Shown here: piece by piece, positions 41,501 through 54,600 of the stretch
How positions within the stretch are numbered: the first letter of the stretch is position 1
Layout of the letters: each line of letters begins with the position of its first letter
From: Balanoglossus misakiensis
Lineage: Eukaryota; Animalia; Hemichordata
DNA: 64,000 nt
NCBI GenBank assembly: GCA_040954595.2
Contig: CM082590.2
Coordinates: forward strand, 2,790,001 to 2,854,000
Reading direction: 5' to 3'
Notes under the pieces: model-generated
Told to the model about the DNA's origin: nothing
What the model saw: only the letters and a program-made list of their open reading frames with translations
Databases searched by the model: none
Translations under genes and position numbers: made by a program

Positions 41501-43369
41501 TTCTGTTGTGATGCGCATAACACATAGATAGGCCTATGCGCATAAGAACGTTTTCCACTAGACTCTGTAGATCGACGGATAGTTGTACAATTTCCATGGT
41601 TGCTTCCAAACAGCCTCGTTTATTTACCGATTTCTGTTGTGAGGCGCAGAGCACGTGATAGGCCTATGCGCATAAGACATTTTTCCACTAGACTCCGTAG
41701 ATCGACGAATAGTTCTAAAATGTCCATGGTTGCTTCCAAACAGCCTCGTTTATTGACGGAATTCTGTTTTGAGGCGCAGAACACATAGATAGGCATATGT
41801 GCATAAGAAAGTTTTCCACTATAGACTCTGTACATCGAGAGATAGTTCTAAAATTTCCATGGTTGCTTCCAAACACAGCCTCGTTTGTTTACAAAATTCT
41901 GTTGTGATGCGCAGAACACATATATAGGCCTATGCGCATAAGAACGTTTTCCACTAGACTCTGTAGATCGACGGATAGTTCTAAAATGTCCATGGTTGCT
42001 TCCAAACAGCCTCGTTTATTTACCGAATTCTGTTGTGAGGCGCAGAACACATAGATAGGCATATGTGCATAAGAAAGTTTTCCACTATAGACTCTGTAGA
42101 TCGAGAGATAGTTCTAAAATGTCCATGGTTGCTACCAAACACAGCCTCGTTTGTTTACAAAATTCTGTTGTGATGCGCAGAACACATATATAGGCCTATG
42201 CGCATAAGAACGTTTCCACTAGACTCTGTAGATCGACGGATAGCTGTAAAATTTCCATGGTTGCTTCCAAACAGCCTCGTTTATTTACCGATTTCTGTTG
42301 TGAGGCGCAGAACACATGATAGGCCTATGCGCATGAGACATTTTTCCACTAGACTCTGTAGATCGACGGATAGCTGTAAAATGTCCATGGTTGCTTCCAA
42401 ACACAGCCTCGTTTGTTTACAAAATTCTGTTGTGATGCGCAGAACACATATATAGGCCTATGCGCATAAGAACGTTTTCCACTAGACTTTGTAGATCGAC
42501 GGATAGTTGTACAATGTCCATGGTTGCTTCCAAACAGCCTCGTTTATTTACCGAATTCTGTTGTGAGGCGCAGAACACGTAATAGGTCTATGCGCATAAG
42601 GAAGTTTTCCACCAGACTCTGTAGATCGACGGATAGTTCTAAAATGTCCATGGTTGCTTCCAAACACAGCCTCGTTTGTTTACAAAATTCTGTTGTGATG
42701 CGCAGAACACATATATAGGCCTATGCGCATAAGAACGTTTTCCACTAGACTTTGTAGATCGACGGATAGTTGTACAATGTCCATGGTTGCTTCCAAACAG
42801 CCTCGTTTATTTACCGAATTCTGTTGTGAGGCGCAGAACACGTAATAGGTCTATGCGCATAAGGAAGTTTTCCACCAGACTCTGTAGATCGACGGATAGT
42901 TGTAAAATTTCATGGTTGCTTCCAAATACAGCCTCGTTTATTTACCGATTTCTGTTGTGATGCGCATAACACATAGATAGGCCTATGCGCATAAGAACGT
43001 TTTCCACTAGACTCTGTAGATCGACGGATAGTTGTACAATTTCCATGGTTGCTTCCAAACAGCCTCGTTTATTTACCGATTTCTGTTGTGAGGCGCAGAA
43101 CACATGATAGGCCTATGCGCATAAGACATTTTTCCACTAGACTCTGTAGATCGACGGATAGTTCTAAAATTTCCATGGTTGCTTCCAAACAGCCTCGTTT
43201 ATTTACCGAATTCTGTTGTGAGGCGCAGAGCACGTAATAGGCCTATGCGCATAAGAAAGTTTTCCACCAGACTCTGTAGATCGACGGATAGTTGTAAAAT
43301 TTCCATGGTTGCTTCCAAACAGCCTCGTTTATTTACCGATTTCTGTTGTGATGCGCAGAACACATAGAT

Positions 43370-46300
43370 AGGCATATGTGCATAATAAAGTTTTCCACTA
43401 GACTCTGTAGATCGAGAGATAGTTCTAAAATTTCCATGGTTGCTTCCAAACACAGCCTCGTTTGTTTACAAAATTCTGTTGTGATGCGCAGAACACATAT
43501 ATAGGCCTATGCGCATAATAACGTTTTCCACTAGACTCTGTAGATCGACGGATAGTTGTAAAATTTCCATGGTTGCTTCCAAACAGCCTCGTTTATTTAC
43601 CGAATTCTGTTGTGAGGCGCAGAACACATAGATAGGCATATGTGCATAAGAAAGTTTTCCACTATAGACTCTGTAGATCGAGAGATAGTTCTAAAATGTC
43701 CATGGTTGCTTCCAAACACAGCCTCGTTTGTTTACAAAATTCTGTTGTGATGCGCAGAACACATATATAGGCCTATGCGCATAAGAACGTTTCCACTAGA
43801 CTCTGTAGATCGACGGATAGCTGTAAAATTTCCATGGTTGCTTCCAAACAGCCTCGTTTATTTACCGAATTCTGTTGTGAGGCGCAGAACACATAGATAG
43901 GCATATGTGCATAAGAAAGTTTTCCACTATAGACTCTGTAGATCGAGAGATAGTTCTAAAATGTCCATGGTTGCTTCCAAACACAGCCTCGTTTATTTAC
44001 CGATTTCTGTTGTGATGCGCATAACACATAGATAGGCCTATGCGCATAAGAACGTTTTCCACTAGACTCTGTAGATCGACGGATAGTTGTACAATTTCCA
44101 TGGTTGCTTCCAAACAGCATCGTTTATTTACCGAATTCTGTTGTGAGGCGCAGAACACGTAATAGGTCTATGCGCATAAGGAAGTTTTCCACCAGACTCT
44201 GTAGATCGACGGATAGTTGTAAAATTTCATGGTTGCTTCCAAATACAGCCTCGTTTATTTACCGATTTCTGTTGTGATGCGCATAACACATAGATAGGCC
44301 TATGCGCATAAGAACGTTTTCCACTAGACTCTGTAGATCGACGGATAGTTGTACAATTTCCATGGTTGCTTCCAAACAGCCTCGTTTATTTACCGATTTC
44401 TGTTGTGAGGCGCAGAGCACGTGATAGGCCTATGCGCATAAGACATTTTTCCACTAGACTCTGTAGATCGACGGATAGTTCTAAAATTTCCATGGTTGCT
44501 TCCAAACAGCCTCGTTTATTTACCGAATTCTGTTGTGAGGCGCAGAGCACGTAATAGGCCTATGCGCATAATAACGTTTTCCACCAGACTCCGTAGATCG
44601 ACGGATAGTTGTAAAATTTCCATGGTTGTTTCCAAACACAGCCTCGTTCATTTACAAAATTCTGTTGTGATGCGCTGAACACATACATATGCCTATGCGC
44701 ATAAGAAAGTTTCCACTAGACTCTGTAGATCGACGGATAGTTCTAAAATTTCCATGATTGCTTCCAAACACATCCTCGATTGTTTACAAAATTCTGTTGT
44801 GATGCGCAGAACACATAGATAGGCCTATGCGCATATGAACGTTTTTCACTATACACTGTAGATCGAGAGATAGTTCTAAAACTTCCATGTTTGCTTCCAA
44901 ACAGCCTCGTTTATTTGCGGAATTCTGTTTTGAGGCGCAGAACACATAGATAGGCATATGTGAATAAGAAAGTTTTCCACTATAGACTCTGTAGATCGAG
45001 AGATAGTTGTAAAATTTCCATGGTTGCTTCCAAACAGCCTCGTTTATTTACCGATTTCTGTTGTGAGGCGCAGAACACATAGATAGGCCTATGCGCATAA
45101 AAAACTTTTCAACTTTAGATCAACGGATAGTTCAAAAATTTCCATGGTTGTTTCCAAACAGCCTCGTTTATTTACCGAATTCTGTTGTGATGCGTAGAAC
45201 ACATACATATGCCTATGCGCATAAGAAAGTTTTCCACTAGACTCCGTAGATCGACGAATAGTTCTAAAATGTCCATGGTTGCTTCCAAACAAAGCCTGGT
45301 TTGTTTACAAAATTCTGTTGTGATGCGCAGAACACATAGATAGGCCTATGCGCATATGAACGTTTTCCACTATACTCTGTAGATCGAGAGTTAGTTCTAA
45401 AATTTCCATGTTTGCTTCCAAACAGCCTCGTTTATTTACGGAACTCTGTTGTGAGGCGCAGAGCACGTAATAGGCCTATGCGCATAAGAAAGTTTTCCAC
45501 CAGACTCTGTAGATCGACGGATAGTTGTAAAATTTCCATGGTTGCTTCCAAACAGCCTCGTTTATTTACCGATTTCTGTTGTGATGCGCAGAACACATAG
45601 ATAGGCATATGTGCATAATAAAGTTTTCCACTAGACTCTGTAGATCGAGAGATAGTTCTAAAATTTCCATGGTTGCTTCCAAACACAGCCTCGTTTGTTT
45701 ACAAAATTCTGTTGTGATGCGCAGAACACATATATAGGCCTATGCGCATAATAACGTTTTCCACTAGACTCTGTAGATCGACGGATAGTTGTAAAATTTC
45801 CATGGTTGCTTCTAAACAGCCTCGTTTATTTACCGAATTCTGTTGTGAGGCGCAGAACACATAGATAGGCATATGTGCATAAGAAAGTTTTCCACTATAG
45901 ACTCTGTAGATCGAGAGATAGTTCTAAAATGTCCATGGTTGCTTCCAAACACAGCCTCGTTTGTTTACAAAATTCTGTTGTGATGCGCAGAACACATATA
46001 TAGGCCTATGCGCATAAGAACGTTTCCACTAGACTCTGTAGATCGACGGATAGCTGTAAAATTTCCATGGTTGCTTTTAAACAGCCTCGTTTATTTACCG
46101 ATTTCTGTTGTGAGGCGCAGAACACATAGATAGGCATATGTGCATAAGAAAGTTTTCCACTATAGACTCTGTAGATAGTTCTAAAATGTCCATGGTTGCT
46201 TCCAAACACACCCTCGTTTATTTACCGATTTCTGTTGAGATGCGCATAACACATAGATAGGCCTATGCGCATAAGAACGTTTTCTACTAGACTCTGTAGA

Positions 46301-49300
46301 TCGACGGATAGTTGTACAATTTCCATGGTTGCTTCCAAACAGCATCGTTTATTTACGGAATTCTGTTGTGAGGCGCAGAACACGTAATAGGTCTATGCGC
46401 ATAAGGAAGTTTTCCACCAGACTCTGTAGATCGACGGATAGTTGTTAAATTTCATGGTTGCTTCAAAATACAGCCTCGTTTATTTACCGATTTCTGTTGT
46501 GATGCGCATAACACATAGATAGGCCTATGCGCATAAGAACGTTTTCCACCAGACTCTGTAGATCGACGGATAGTTGTACAATTTCCATGGTTGCTTCCAA
46601 ACAGCCTCGTTTATTTACCGATTTCTGTTGTGAGGCGCAGAACACATGATAGGCCTATGCGCATAAGACATTTTTCCACTAGACTCTGTAGATCGACGGA
46701 TAGTTCTAAAATGTCCATGGTTGCTTCCAAACAGCCTCGTTTATTTACCGAATTCTGTTGTGATGCGCAGAGCACGTAATAGGCCTATGCGCATAAGAAA
46801 GTTTTCCACCAGACTCCGTAGATCGACGGATAGTTGTAAAATTTCCATGGTTGTTTCCAAACACAGCCTCGTTCATTTACAAAATTCTGTTGTGATGCGC
46901 TGAACACATACATATGCCTATGCGCATAAGAAAGTTTCCCACTAGACTCTGTAGATCGACGGATAGTTCTAAAATTTCCATGATTGCTTCCAAACACATC
47001 CTCGATTGTTTACAAAATTCTGTTGTGATGCGCAGAACACATATATAGGCCTATGCGCATAAGAACGTTTCCACTAGACTCTCTAGATCGACGGATAGCT
47101 GTAAAATTTCCATGGTTGCTTCCAAACAGCCTCGTTTATTTACCGATTTCTGTTGTGAGGCGCAGAACACATGATAGGCCTATGCGCATGAGACATTTTT
47201 CCACTAGACTCTGTAGATCGACGGATAGCTGTAAAATGTCCATGGTTGCTTCCAAACACAGCCTCGTTTGTTTACAAAATTCTGTTGTGATGCGCAGAAC
47301 ACATATATAGGCCTATGCGCATAAGAACGTTTTCCACTAGACTTTGTAGATCGACGGATAGTTGTACAATGTCCATGGTTGCTTCCAAACAGCCTCGTTT
47401 ATTTACCGAATTCTGTTGTGAGGCGCAGAACACGTAATAGGTCTATGCGCATAAGGAAGTTTTCCACCAGACTCTGTAGATCGACGGATAGTTCTAAAAT
47501 GTCCATGGTTGCTTCCAAACACAGCCTCGTTTGTTTACAAAATTCTGTTGTGATGCGCAGAACACATATATAGGCCTATGCGCATAAGAACGTTTTCCAC
47601 TAGACTTTGTAGATCGACGGATAGTTGTACAATGTCCATGGTTGCTTCCAAACAGCCTCGTTTATTTACCGAATTCTGTTGTGAGGCGCAGAACACGTAA
47701 TAGGTCTATGCGCATAAGGAAGTTTTCCACCAGACTCTGTAGATCGACGGATAGTTGTAAAATTTCATGGTTGCTTCCAAATACAGCCTCGTTTATTTAC
47801 CGATTTCTGTTGTGATGCGCATAACACATAGATAGGCATATGTGCATAATAAAGTTTTCCACTAGACTCTGTAGATCGAGAGATAGTTCTAAAATTTCCA
47901 TGGTTGCTTCCAAACACAGCCTCGTTTGTTTACAAAATTCTGTTGTGATGCGCAGAACACATATATAGGCCTATGCGCATAATAACGTTTTCCACTAGAC
48001 TCTGTAGATCGACGGATAGTTGTAAAATTTCCATGGTTGCTTCCAAACAGCCTCGTTTATTTACCGAATTCTGTTGTGAGGCGCAGAACACATAGATAGG
48101 CATATGTGCATAAGAAAGTTTTCCACTATAGACTCTGTAGATCGAGAGATAGTTCTAAAATGTCCATGGTTGCTTCCAAACACAGCCTCGTTTGTTTACA
48201 AAATTCTGTTGTGATGCGCAGAACACATATATAGGCCTATGCGCTTAAGAACGTTTCCACTAGACTCTGTAGATCGACGGATAGCTGTAAAATTTCCATG
48301 GTTGCTTCCAAACAGCCTCGTTTATTTACCGAATTCTGTTGTGAGGCGCAGAACACATAGATAGGCATATGTGCATAAGAAAGTTTTCCACTATAGACTC
48401 TGTAGATCGAGAGATAGTTCTAAAATGTCCATGGTTGCTTCCAAACACAGCCTCGTTTATTTACCGATTTCTGTTGTGATGCGCATAACACATAGATAGG
48501 CCTATGCGCATAAGAACGTTTTCCACTAGACTCTGTAGATCGACGGATAGTTGTACAATTTCCATGGTTGCTTCCAAACAGCATCGTTTATTTACCGAAT
48601 TCTGTTGTGAGGCGCAGAACACGTAATAGGTCTATGCGCATAAGGAAGTTTTCCACCAGACTCTGTAGATCGACGGATAGTTGTAAAATTTCATGGTTGC
48701 TTCCAAATACAGCCTCGTTTATTTACCGATTTCTGTTGTGATGCGCATAACACATAGATAGGCCTATGCGCACAAGAACGTTTTCCACTAGACTCTGTAG
48801 ATCGACGGATAGTTGTACAATTTCCATGGTTGCTTCCAAACAGCCTCGTTTATTTACCGATTTCTGTTGTGAGGCGCAGAGCACGTGATAGGCCTATGCG
48901 CATAAGACATTTTTCCACTAGACTCTGTAGATCGACGGATAGTTCTAAAATTTCCATGGTTGCTTCCAAACAGCCTCGTTTATTTACCGAATTCTGTTGT
49001 GAGGCGCAGAGCACGTAATAGGCCTATGATCATAATAACGTTTTCCACCAGACTCCGTAGATCGACGGATAGTTGTAAAATTTCCATGGTTGTTTCCAAA
49101 CACAGCCTCGTTCATTTACAAAATTCTGTTGTGATGCGCTGAACACATACATATGCCTATGCGCATAAGAAAGTTTCCACTAGACTCTGTAGATCGACGG
49201 ATAGTTCTAAAATTTCCATGATTGCTTCCAAACACATCCTCGATTGTTTACAAAATTCTGTTGTGATGCGCAGAACACATAGATAGGCCTATGCGCATAT

Positions 49301-50540
49301 GAACGTTTTCCACTATACACTGTAGATCGAGAGATAGTTCTAAAACTTCCATGTTTGCTTCCAAACAGCCTCGTTTATTTGCGGAATTCTGTTTTGAGGC
49401 GCAGAACACATAGATAGGCATATGTGAATAAGAAAGTTTTCCACTATAGACTCTGTAGATCGAGAGATAGTTGTAAAATTTCCATGGTTGCTTCCAAACA
49501 GCCTCGTTTATTTACCGATTTCTGTTGTGAGGCGCAGAACACATAGATAGGCCTATGCGCATAAAAAACTTTTCAACTTTAGATCAACGGATAGTTCAAA
49601 AATTTCCATGGTTGTTTCCAAACAGCCTCGTTTATTTACCGAATTCTGTTGTGATGCGTAGAACACATACATATGCCTATGCGCATAAGAAAGTTTTCCA
49701 CTAGACTCCGTAGATCGACGAATAGTTCTAAAATGTCCATGGTTGCTTCCAAACAAAGCCTGGTTTGTTTACAAAATTCTGTTGTGATGCGCAGAACACA
49801 TAGATAGGCCTATGCGCATATGAACGTTTTCCACTATACTCTGTAGATCGAGAGTTAGTTCTAAAATTTCCATGTTTGCTTCCAAACAGCCTCGTTTATT
49901 TACGGAACTCTGTTGTGAGGCGCAGAGCACGTAATAGGCCTATGCGCATAAGAAAGTTTTCCACCAGACTCTGTAGATCGACGGATAGTTGTAAAATTTC
50001 CATGGTTGCTTCCAAACAGCCTCGTTTATTTACCGATTTCTGTTGTGATGCGCAGAACACATAGATAGGCATATGTGCATAATAAAGTTTTCCACTAGAC
50101 TCTGTAGATCGAGAGATAGTTCTAAAATTTCCATGGTTGCTTCCAAACACAGCCTCGTTTGTTTACAAAATTCTGTTGTGATGCGCAGAACACATATATA
50201 GGCCTATGCGCATAATAACGTTTTCCACTAGACTCTGTAGATCGACGGATAGTTGTAAAATTTCCATGGTTGCTTCCAAACAGCCTCGTTTATTTACCGA
50301 ATTCTGTTGTGAGGCGCAGAACACATAGATAGGCATATGTGCATAAGAAAGTTTTCCACTATAGACTCTGTAGATCGAGAGATAGTTCTAAAATGTCCAT
50401 GGTTGCTTCCAAACACAGCCTCGTTTGTTTACAAAATTCTGTTGTGATGCGCAGAACACATATATAGGCCTATGCGCATAAGAACGTTTCCACTAGACTC
50501 TGTAGATCGACGGATAGCTGTAAAATTTCCATGGTTGCTT
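43370..50540 (+). repeat. ~2.7-kb block repeated at offset 4464 bp
   Basis: ORF pairs 44366/48830, 44496/48960, 45089/49553 and 45412/49876. Private GGAACTCTG variant near 45440 and 49904. Boundaries are approximate. Confidence 0.85.
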
Positions 50541-51479
50541 TCAAACAGCCTCGTTTATTTACCGAATTCTGTTGTGATGCGTAGAACACATACATATGCC
50601 TATGCGCATAAGAAAGTTTTCCACTAGACTCCGTAGATCGACGAATAGTTCTAAAATGTCCATGGTTGCTTCCAAACAAAGCCTGGTTTGTTTACAAAAT
50701 TCTGTTGTGATGCGCAGAACACATAGATAGGCCTATGCGCATAAAAAACTTTTCAACTTTAGATCAACGGATAGTTCAAAAATTTCCATGGTTGTTTCCA
50801 AACAGCCTCGTTTATTTACCGAATTCTGTTGTGATGCGTAGAACACATACATATGCCTATGCGCATAAGAAAGTTTTCCACTAGACTCCGTAGATCGACG
50901 AATAGTTCTAAAATGTCCATGGTTGCTTCCAAACAAAGCCTGGTTTGTTTACAAAATTCTGTTGTGATGCGCAGAACACATAGATAGGCCTATGCGCATA
51001 TGAACGTTTTCCACTATACTCTGTAGATCGAGAGTTAGTTCTAAAATTTCCATGTTTGCTTCCAAACAGCCTCGTTTATTTACGGAATTCTGTTTTGAGG
51101 CGCAGAACACATAGATAGGCATATGTGCATAAGAAAGTTTTCCACTATAGACTCTGTAGATCGACGGATAGTTCTAAAATTTCCATGGTTGCTTCCAAAC
51201 AGCCTCGTTTATTTACCGAATTCTGTTGTGAGGCACAGAACACATAGATAGGCCTATGTGCATAAGAAAGTTTTCCACTATAGACTCTGTAGATCAAGAG
51301 ATAGTTCTAAAATGTCCATGGTTGCTTCCAAACACAGCCTCGTTTGTTTACAAAATTCTGTTGTGATGCGCATAACACATAGATAGGCCTATGCGCATAA
51401 GAACGTTTTCCACTAGACTCTGTAGATCGACGGATAGTTGTACAATTTCCATGGTTACTTCCAAACAGCCTCGTTTATT

Positions 51480-54400
51480 TACCGATTTCTGTTGTGAGGC
51501 GCAGAACACATGATAGGCCTATGCGCATAAGACATTTTTCCACTAGACTCTGTAGATCGACGGATAGTTCTAAAATTTCCATGGTTGCTTCCAAACAGCC
51601 TCGTTTATTTACCGAATTCTGTTGTGAGGCGCAGAGCACGTAATAGGCCTATGCGCATAAGAAAGTTTTCCACCAGACTCTGTAGATCGACGGATAGTTG
51701 TAAAATTTCCATGGTTGCTTCCAAACAGCCTCGTTTATTTACCGATTTCTGTTGTGATGCGCAGAACACATAGATAGGCATATGTGCATAATAAAGTTTT
51801 CCACTAGACTCTGTAGATCGAGAGATAGTTCTAAAATTTCCATGGTTGCTTCCAAACACAGCCTCGTTTGTTTACACAATTCTGTTGTGATGCGCAGAAC
51901 ACATATATAGGCCTATGCGCATAATAACGTTTTCCACTAGACTCTGTAGATCGACGGATAGTTGTAAAATTTCCATGGTTGCTTTCAAACAGCCTCGTTT
52001 ATTTACCGAATTCTGTTGTGAGGCGCAGAACACATAGATAGGCATATGTGCATAAGAAAGTTTTCCACTATAGACTCTGTAGATCGAGAGATAGTTCTAA
52101 AGTGTCCATGGTTGCTTCCAAACACAGCCTCGTTTGTTTACAAAATTCTGTTGTGATGCGCAGAACACATATATAGGCCTATGCGCATAAGAACGTTTCC
52201 ACTAGACTCTGTAGATCGACGGATAGCTGTAAAATTTCCATGGTTGCTTTTAAACAGCCTCGTTTATTTACCGATTTCTGTTGTGAGGCGCAGAACACAT
52301 AGATAGGCATATGTGCATAAGAAAGTTTTCCACTATAGACTCTGTAGATCGAGAGATAGTTCTAAAATGTCCATGGTTGCTTCCAAACACAGCCTCGTTT
52401 ATTTACCGATTTCTGTTGTGATGCGCATAACACATAGATAGGCCTATGCGCATAAGAACGTTTTCCACTAGACTCTGTAGATCGACGGATAGTTCTAAAA
52501 TTTCAATGGTTGCTTCCAAACAGCCTCGTTTATTTACCGAATTCTGTTGTGATGCGCAGAACACATGATAGGACTATGCGCATAAGAAATTTTTCCACCA
52601 GACTCTGTAGATCGACGGATAGTTGTAAAATTTCCATGGTTGCTTCCAAACAGCATCGTTTATTTACCGAATTCTGTTGTGAGGCGCAGAACACGTAATA
52701 GGTCTATGCGCATAAGGAAGTTTTCCAGTAGACTCTGTAGATCGACGGATAGTTGTACAATTTCCATGGTTGCTTCCAAACAGCCTCTTTTATTTACCGA
52801 TTTCTGTTGTGAGGCGCAGAACACATGATAGGCCTATGCGCATAAGACATTTTTCCACTAGACTCTGTAGATCGACGGATAGTTCTAAAATTTCCATGGT
52901 TGCTTCCAAACAGCCTCGTTTATTTACCGAATTCTGTTGTGAGGCGCAGAGCACGTAATAGGCCTATGCGCATAAGAAAGTTTTCCACCAGACTCTGTAG
53001 ATCGACGGATAGTTGTAAAATTTCCATGGTTGCTTCCAAACAGCATCGTTTATTTACCGAATTCTGTTGTGAGGCGCAGAACACGTAATAGGTCTATGCG
53101 CATAAGGACGTTTTCCACTAGACTCTGTAGATCGACGGATAGTTGTACAATTTCCATGGTTGCTTCCAAACAGCCTCTTTTATTTACCGATTTCTGTTGT
53201 GAGGCGCAGAACACATGATAGGCCTATGCGCATAAGACATTTTTCCACTAGACTCTGTAGATCGACGGATAGTTCTAAAATTTCCATGGTTGCTTCCAAA
53301 CAGCCTCGTTTATTTACCGAATTCTGTTGTGAGGCGCAGAGCACGTAATAGGCCTATGCGCATAAGAAAGTTTTCCACCAGACTCTGTAGATCGACGGAT
53401 AGTTGTAAAATTTCCATGGTTGCTTCCAAACAGCCTCGTTTATTTACCGATTTCTGTTGTGATGCGCAGAACACATAGATAGGCATATGTGCATAATAAA
53501 GTTTTCCACTAGACTCTGTAGATCGAGAGATAGTTCTAAAATTTCCATGGTTGCTTCCAAACACAGCCTCGTTTGTTTACACAATTCTGTTGTGATGCGC
53601 AGAACACATATATAGGCCTATGCGCATAATAACGTTTTCCACTAGACTCTGTAGATCGACGGATAGTTGTAAAATTTCCATGGTTGCTTTCAAACAGCCT
53701 CGTTTATTTACCGAATTCTGTTGTGAGGCGCAGAACACATAGATAGGCATATGTGCATAAGAAAGTTTTCCACTATAGACTCTGTAGATCGAGAGATAGT
53801 TCTAAAGTGTCCATGGTTGCTTCCAAACACAGCCTCGTTTGTTTACAAAATTCTGTTGTGATGCGCAGAACACATATATAGGCCTATGCGCATAAGAACG
53901 TTTCCACTAGACTCTGTAGATCGACGGATAGCTGTAAAATTTCCATGGTTGCTTTTAAACAGCCTCGTTTATTTACCGATTTCTGTTGTGAGGCGCAGAA
54001 CACATAGATAGGCATATGTGCATAAGAAAGTTTTCCACTATAGACTCTGTAGATCGAGAGATAGTTCTAAAATGTCCATGGTTGCTTCCAAACACAGCCT
54101 CGTTTATTTACCGATTTCTGTTGTGATGCGCATAACACATAGATAGGCCTATGCGCATAAGAACGTTTTCCACTAGACTCTGTAGATCGACGGATAGTTC
54201 TAAAATTTCAATGGTTGCTTCCAAACAGCCTCGTTTATTTACCGAATTCTGTTGTGATGCGCAGAACACATGATAGGACTATGCGCATAAGAAATTTTTC
54301 CACCAGACTCTGTAGATCGACGGATAGTTGTAAAATTTCCATGGTTGCTTCCAAACAGCATCGTTTATTTACCGAATTCTGTTGTGAGGCGCAGAACACG

Positions 54401-54600
54401 TAATAGGTCTATGCGCATAAGGAAGTTTTCCACTAGACTCTGTAGATCGACGGATAGTTGTACAATTTCCATGGTTGCTTCCAAACAGCCTCTTTTATTT
54501 ACCGATTTCTGTTGTGAGGCGCAGAACACATGATAGGCCTATGCGCATAAGACATTTTTCCACTAGACTCTGTAGATCGACGGATAGTTCTCAAATTTCC
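51480..54600 (+). repeat. Higher-order duplication, period 1705 bp, containing a 390-bp trimer repeat of 130-bp monomers
   Basis: ORF pairs 51585/53290 and 52510/54215 are offset 1705. Pairs 52640/53030, 52770/53160 and 52900/53290 are offset 390. Shared TTTACACAAT and CTAAAGTGTCC variants. Confidence 0.88.
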
